From NCBI GenBank assembly GCA_009886115.1, contig VFJJ01000051.1:1-64000 (forward strand): DNA of 64,000 nt. Reading direction: 5' to 3'. Shown piece after piece: positions 59,877-64,000 of this stretch. The translations under genes were made by a program, and so were the position numbers. The number at the start of each line of letters is the position of its first letter. The first letter of the stretch is position 1. The notes beneath the pieces were generated by a model. The model was not told where the DNA came from and made no database searches. It worked only from the letters and a program-made list of their open reading frames with translations. This stretch comes from Actinomycetota bacterium. GTDB taxonomy: Bacteria; Actinomycetota; Acidimicrobiia; IMCC26256; VFJJ01.

Positions 59877-60170
59877 TCAGAGCTCTTTGCCGACCAGCTC
59901 TTCGATGTTGACGTCGTTGAACGTCACGATGTGGACCGAGGAGACGAACCGGGCTGGACGGTACATGTCCCAGACCCAGGCGTCGGTGAGACGCACGTCG
60001 AAATAGACCCGACCGCCGATGTTCAACGGGTCGATCTGGACGCCGTTGGCGAGGTAGAACCGTCGCTCGGTCTCGACGACGTACCTGAACATCGGCAGGA
60101 CGTCGCGGTACTCCTTGTAGAGCTGGAGCTCGATCTCGGTCTCGTACCGCTCCAGGTCTTCAGCGCTCAT
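59877..60170 (-). CDS. DUF2469 family protein
   Basis: MSAEDLERYETEIELQLYKEYRDV...ETERRFYLAN...AWVWDMYRPARFV. Confidence 0.93.
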   Translation of the reverse strand: MSAEDLERYETEIELQLYKEYRDVLPMFRYVVETERRFYLANGVQIDPLNIGGRVYFDVRLTDAWVWDMYRPARFVSSVHIVTFNDVNIEELVGKEL

Positions 60171-60293
60171 GAGTCATTGGTTCGTTCGCCTGCGGCTCGT
60201 TCACGGCGGATCGGCGTCGCCACGACGCTTCACCCACGATTGTACGGGCCCGGAATCCGAGTCGGAACTCGGTTCACGACGCCTTCCGGGCGA

Positions 60294-60638
60294 TCAGGTG
60301 CGCTTCTCTTTGATCTTGGCGGCTTTACCGATCCGGTCGCGCTGGTAGTACAGCTTGGCTCGGCGGACATCGCCCCGGGTCACGACCTCGATCTGCGCCA
60401 CGATCGGCGAGTGCACCGGGAAGGTCCGCTCGACGCCGACGCCGTAGCTCACCTTGCGCACCGTGAAGGTCTCGCGCACGCCGCCGCCCTGACGCCGGAT
60501 CACCGCACCCTGGAAGAGCTGGATGCGCTCCTTGTTGCCCTCGACCACTCGGACGTGCACCTTGAGGGTGTCGCCGGGGGCGAAGGACGGGATGTCGGAC
60601 CTGAGGTTGGCCCGGTCGACGAGGTCTGTGACGTTCAT
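60294..60638 (-). CDS. rplS: 50S ribosomal protein L19
   Basis: [31 protein letters not shown] and VRRAKLYY motifs. Confidence 0.98.
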   Translation of the reverse strand: MNVTDLVDRANLRSDIPSFAPGDTLKVHVRVVEGNKERIQLFQGAVIRRQGGGVRETFTVRKVSYGVGVERTFPVHSPIVAQIEVVTRGDVRRAKLYYQRDRIGKAAKIKEKRT

Positions 60639-60688
60639 GACGCAAGGACTCCTGGAACGGCGGGTGTGCGCGCGGCGGGGCGCTGAGT

Positions 60689-61420
60689 CTAGAGCGGCAG
60701 GTCGTCAGCCGGGAACTCGGCGAGGACGCGCAACTCGTCGGACGACAACTCCCGACCGGCCAGCAGGTCGGGGCGGCGCTGCAGCGTACGCCGCAGCGCC
60801 TCGGCGAGCCGCCATCGGGCGATGCGCTGGTGGTCGCCCGAGCGGAGGATCTCGGGGACCGCCCAGCCCCGGAACTCGGCCGGGCGGGTGTAGTGCGGGT
60901 ACTCGAGGAGGTCGGCGGTGAACGACTCCTCGCCCGCCGAGGTCTCATTCCCGAGGACGCCCGGAACGAGGCGGGCCACGGCCTCGATCACCACCACGGC
61001 GGCGGCCTCGCCACCGGCGAGCACGAACGATCCGATCGACAGGACGTCGTCGCACAGGTGCTCAGCGACACGCTCGTCGACACCTTCGTAACGGCCGCAG
61101 ATGAGCGAGAACCCGTCGAGGCCGGCGAGCTCCCGGGCCATGGCCTGATCGAAGATCCTTCCTCCTGCGCCGAGAAGCAGGAGCGGCCGCGGGGGCTCGA
61201 CGGCCTCGACGGCAGCGAAGAGCGGCTCAGCCATGAGCACCATGCCCGCTCCCCCGCCGAACGGGGTGTCGTCGACGGTGCGGTGACGGTCGGTCGTGGT
61301 GTCACGGGGATCGTGGAGCCGCAGGTCGAGGAGACCGCGCTCGCGTGCTCGGCCGAGGATCGACAACCCGATCGGTCCGGCCACGGAGTCGGGAAAGAGC
61401 GTGAACACGTCGATGCGCAC
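60689..61420 (-). CDS. trmD: tRNA (guanine37-N1)-methyltransferase
   Basis: [37 protein letters not shown] and SGDH motifs. Confidence 0.97.
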   Translation of the reverse strand: MRIDVFTLFPDSVAGPIGLSILGRARERGLLDLRLHDPRDTTTDRHRTVDDTPFGGGAGMVLMAEPLFAAVEAVEPPRPLLLLGAGGRIFDQAMARELAGLDGFSLICGRYEGVDERVAEHLCDDVLSIGSFVLAGGEAAAVVVIEAVARLVPGVLGNETSAGEESFTADLLEYPHYTRPAEFRGWAVPEILRSGDHQRIARWRLAEALRRTLQRRPDLLAGRELSSDELRVLAEFPADDLPL

Positions 61421-61443
61421 TGGGTCAGCCTCGACTCGCGGCG

Positions 61444-61935
61444 TTACCGGTAGAGATCGAGCAGACCGGCGGGTGGGTCGACGACGAGCCGCTCGCCCTC
61501 GCTCGAGGCCAGGAACACGATGGGGATCATGATCTGCCCGTCGATGACGAGGATCTCGTGAGCCGGGTTGTCGAGGACGTCGGTCACCCGGCCAAGAGGC
61601 TGACCGTCGATGTCGACCACCGTACGGCCGAAGAGCTCGTGCACCCAGACCTCGCCCTCATCGAGCGCGATGTCGAGGGGGTCACCGAGCAACATGAGTC
61701 CGCGAAGCGCCTCGGCCGGGGTGCGGTCGGACACGCCTTCGAACAGGACGAGCCGTCGTCCCTGGTGCTCGCGTGACGAGACCACCACGAACTCGCGATC
61801 ACCCGAGTAGAGCAGCGAGCCCGGCGCGAAGCGCTCTTCCCGGTTCGAGATCGCCTCGACGACAACCTCGCCGCGGAGCCCGTGAGCCTTGATGATGCGC
61901 CCGATCTCGAGCCGGCCCCGTTGGTCGGTGCTCAC
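61444..61935 (-). CDS. rimM: 16S rRNA processing protein RimM
   Basis: IGRIIKAHGLRGEV and DRTPAEALRG motifs; synteny. Confidence 0.94.
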   Translation of the reverse strand: MSTDQRGRLEIGRIIKAHGLRGEVVVEAISNREERFAPGSLLYSGDREFVVVSSREHQGRRLVLFEGVSDRTPAEALRGLMLLGDPLDIALDEGEVWVHELFGRTVVDIDGQPLGRVTDVLDNPAHEILVIDGQIMIPIVFLASSEGERLVVDPPAGLLDLYR

Positions 61936-61947
61936 CAGGGAAGCGGC

Positions 61948-62250
61948 TCAGTCGACGATGTCGACAGAGACCTTGACACCGTCGTTGGTTGCCGCGGCGC
62001 GAACGATCTGACGGATCGCCTGAGCGACACGCCCGCGCTTGCCGATGACGCGGCCCATGTCGCCCTGGGCGACGGTGAGGCGCAGCGTGATCTCGCCGTC
62101 GCGCGAGTCGTCGACGACGACCTGCACGCCGTCGGGATCGTCGACGATGGCTCGGGTCAGGTACACGAGGGTGGCGTGGGCCGTGACGGCCGACAGCGGG
62201 GAGCGGTCGTCGGTGTCGTCGGTGAGGTCGTCGGTCGCGTCGTCGCTCAC
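61948..62250 (-). CDS. khpA: KH domain RNA-binding protein
   Basis: [10 protein letters not shown] and [17 protein letters not shown] motifs; GTGA overlap with rpsP. Confidence 0.9.
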   Translation of the reverse strand: MSDDATDDLTDDTDDRSPLSAVTAHATLVYLTRAIVDDPDGVQVVVDDSRDGEITLRLTVAQGDMGRVIGKRGRVAQAIRQIVRAAATNDGVKVSVDIVD

Positions 62251-62609
62251 GTTGCTGCCTTGGCGGTCGTGACGGTCTTGGGCGCCGCCGTGGGCTTCAC
62301 GGCCTTGACGGCCTTGACGGTCTTGATCGGCCTCGCCGGCTTGACCGGACGACTGTCCTGGTAGATGGCCCAGGCGCCGGAGATCTGGAGCAGCTTGACG
62401 ACCCGGTCGGTCGGCTGGGCGCCCTTGCGCAGCCACTCGAGCGCCTTGTCGTTGTCGATCTCGACGGTCGAAGGCTCGGTGCGGGGGTTGTACTTCCCGA
62501 TGATCTCGACGAAACGGCCGTCGCGTGGCGAGCGACCGTCGGCGATGACGACTCGGTACGTGGGCTGCTTGGTCTTGCCCATCCGCATCAGACGGATCTT
62601 CACGGCCAC
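62247..62609 (-). CDS. rpsP: 30S ribosomal protein S16
   Basis: [11 protein letters not shown]...[18 protein letters not shown]...GAQPT. Confidence 0.98.
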   Translation of the reverse strand: MAVKIRLMRMGKTKQPTYRVVIADGRSPRDGRFVEIIGKYNPRTEPSTVEIDNDKALEWLRKGAQPTDRVVKLLQISGAWAIYQDSRPVKPARPIKTVKAVKAVKPTAAPKTVTTAKAAT

Positions 62610-62704
62610 GGCTGGTGTTTCCCTTCTGTGGTGCTGGTTCAGTTCGGTTGCGAGCTCACGATCGATGCTGGTTCAGATCGATCCGTACAGGCTCCGGAGC
62701 CTAC

Positions 62705-64000
62705 TCACCGGCGGGGCGAGCCGGGGAACCCGCCTCCGGGGAAGCCGCCCCCTCCTCCCCCGCCAGCGCCGAGTCCAGGGAGTCCCGGGAGCCCGGGCAT
62801 GCCCCGCCGCTTGCCGCCCGCCATGGCCCCCATCGATTTCATCATCTTCTGCATCTGCTGGAATTCCTTCAGCAGCTTGTTGACATCCTGGGTCTGGGTG
62901 CCACTGCCCTTGGCGATACGCAGCCGCCGGGATCCGTTGATCAGCTGGGGACTCCGGCGCTCGGCCGGCGTCATCGATCGGATGATCGCCTCGACCTTCT
63001 TGAGCTCGCCGTCGTTGATCTCGGCGTTGCGGGCCTCCTTGGGCAGACCCGGGATCATCTTGATGATCGACGACAGCGAGCCCATCTTCTTGACGGCTTG
63101 GAGCTGCTCCATGAAGTCCTCGAGCGTGAACTGGCCCTTGCGCAGCCGCTCCTCGGCCTTGGCCGCCTGCTCGACGTCGAAGACCTGCTCGGCCTTCTCG
63201 ATCATCGTGAGCATGTCGCCCATCCCGAGGATCCGCTGTGCGAGGCGGTCAGGGTGGAACGGCTCGAACTCGTCGAGCTTCTCGCCGGTGCCGGCGAAGA
63301 GGATCGGCCGGCCGATGACCTCCTTGACCGACAAGGCAGCGCCGCCGCGGGCGTCGCCGTCGATCTTGGTGAGGATCACGCCGTCGATGGGCACCGCAGC
63401 GTGGAAGGCCTCGGCCACGTTCACGGCTTCCTGGCCGGTCATGGCGTCGATCACGAGCAGCACGTTGTGCGGCTGCACCGCGTCGCGTACGGCGACGAGC
63501 TCGTTCATCAGCTCGGTGTCGATCTGCAAGCGCCCCGCGGTGTCGACGATGACGATGGGCTTGCCCAGGCGAGCGGCTTCCTCCATGCCCTTGCGGGCCA
63601 CGGTCACCGGGTCGGACGGTTCGGAGAAGACGGGGACGCCCACACGCTCACCGAGCACCCGGAGCTGCTGGACGGCCGCGGGACGCTGGAGGTCGGCGCC
63701 GACGAGGAGACAGTCGTGGCCCTGGCTCTTGAGCCACTTGGCGAGCTTGCCCGCCTGGGTCGTCTTGCCCGACCCCTGGAGCCCCGCCAGCAGGATGACC
63801 GTGGGCGGCTTGGGGCTCATGGTGAGCTTGCCGGTGGTGCCCCCGAGGGTCTCGACGAGCTCGTCGTGGACGATCTTGATGATCTGCTGCGCCGGCGTGA
63901 GCGACGTGTGGACCTTGGCGTCGATCGCTCGCTGCTCGACCCGGGTGACGAAGCGCTTGACGACCTGGAAGTTGACGTCGGCCTCGAGGAGGGCCAAGCG
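62705..64000 (-). CDS. ffh: Signal recognition particle protein (5' end lies beyond the window)
   Basis: ALLEADV, GLQGSGKTT, DTAGR, TKIDGDARGG, RILGMGD and Met-rich M domain. Confidence 0.97.
   Translation of the reverse strand, partial: RLALLEADVNFQVVKRFVTRVEQRAIDAKVHTSLTPAQQIIKIVHDELVETLGGTTGKLTMSPKPPTVILLAGLQGSGKTTQAGKLAKWLKSQGHDCLLVGADLQRPAAVQQLRVLGERVGVPVFSEPSDPVTVARKGMEEAARLGKPIVIVDTAGRLQIDTELMNELVAVRDAVQPHNVLLVIDAMTGQEAVNVAEAFHAAVPIDGVILTKIDGDARGGAALSVKEVIGRPILFAGTGEKLDEFEPFHPDRLAQRILGMGDMLTMIEKAEQVFDVEQAAKAEERLRKGQFTLEDFMEQLQAVKKMGSLSSIIKMIPGLPKEARNAEINDGELKKVEAIIRSMTPAERRSPQLINGSRRLRIAKGSGTQTQDVNKLLKEFQQMQKMMKSMGAMAGGKRRGMPGLPGLPGLGAGGGGGGGFPGGGFPGSPRR

Overview
High-GC actinobacterial chromosomal window; gene order and protein features suggest class Acidimicrobiia, which is an inference. 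It is mostly conserved core genes on the minus strand, in this order: ffh(partial)-rpsP-khpA-rimM-trmD-rplS-DUF2469-yraN ... xerC-whiG/fliA-M23-rpsB-tsf-pyrH-frr-cdsA-dxr-rseP-ispG ... proS-rimP-nusA-ylxR-infB-rsgA-DUF503-rbfA-nrnA-truB-ribF-rpsO-pnp-M16-dapB ... rnj-ftsK-rimO-pgsA-cinA-thpR-recA-miaB-miaA. I saw no tRNA, rRNA, CRISPR array, transposase or prophage. The main departures from the core are: (1) an ~8 kb operon with a Liv-type ABC importer, a catalytically degenerate HMG-CoA-synthase-fold/DUF35 fusion and an SCP2-type thiolase (PhlABC-like architecture), containing a perfect 23-bp palindrome; (2) comM-dprA flipped to the plus strand, bounded by a 9-bp inverted repeat and preceded by a PafBC-type promoter; (3) an unannotated leaderless 37-aa membrane protein upstream of a small Cys/His protein; (4) a two-promoter LexA + PafBC-type recA control region; (5) a ribF whose kinase domain looks degenerate; (6) rsgA inside the nusA-infB-rbfA operon; (7) REP-like palindromes, a G-quadruplex-like tract and a 10-bp-period repeat array; (8) many leaderless genes. 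Start codons were refined by eye from the ORF track, and all family assignments come from motif recognition, not database searches.
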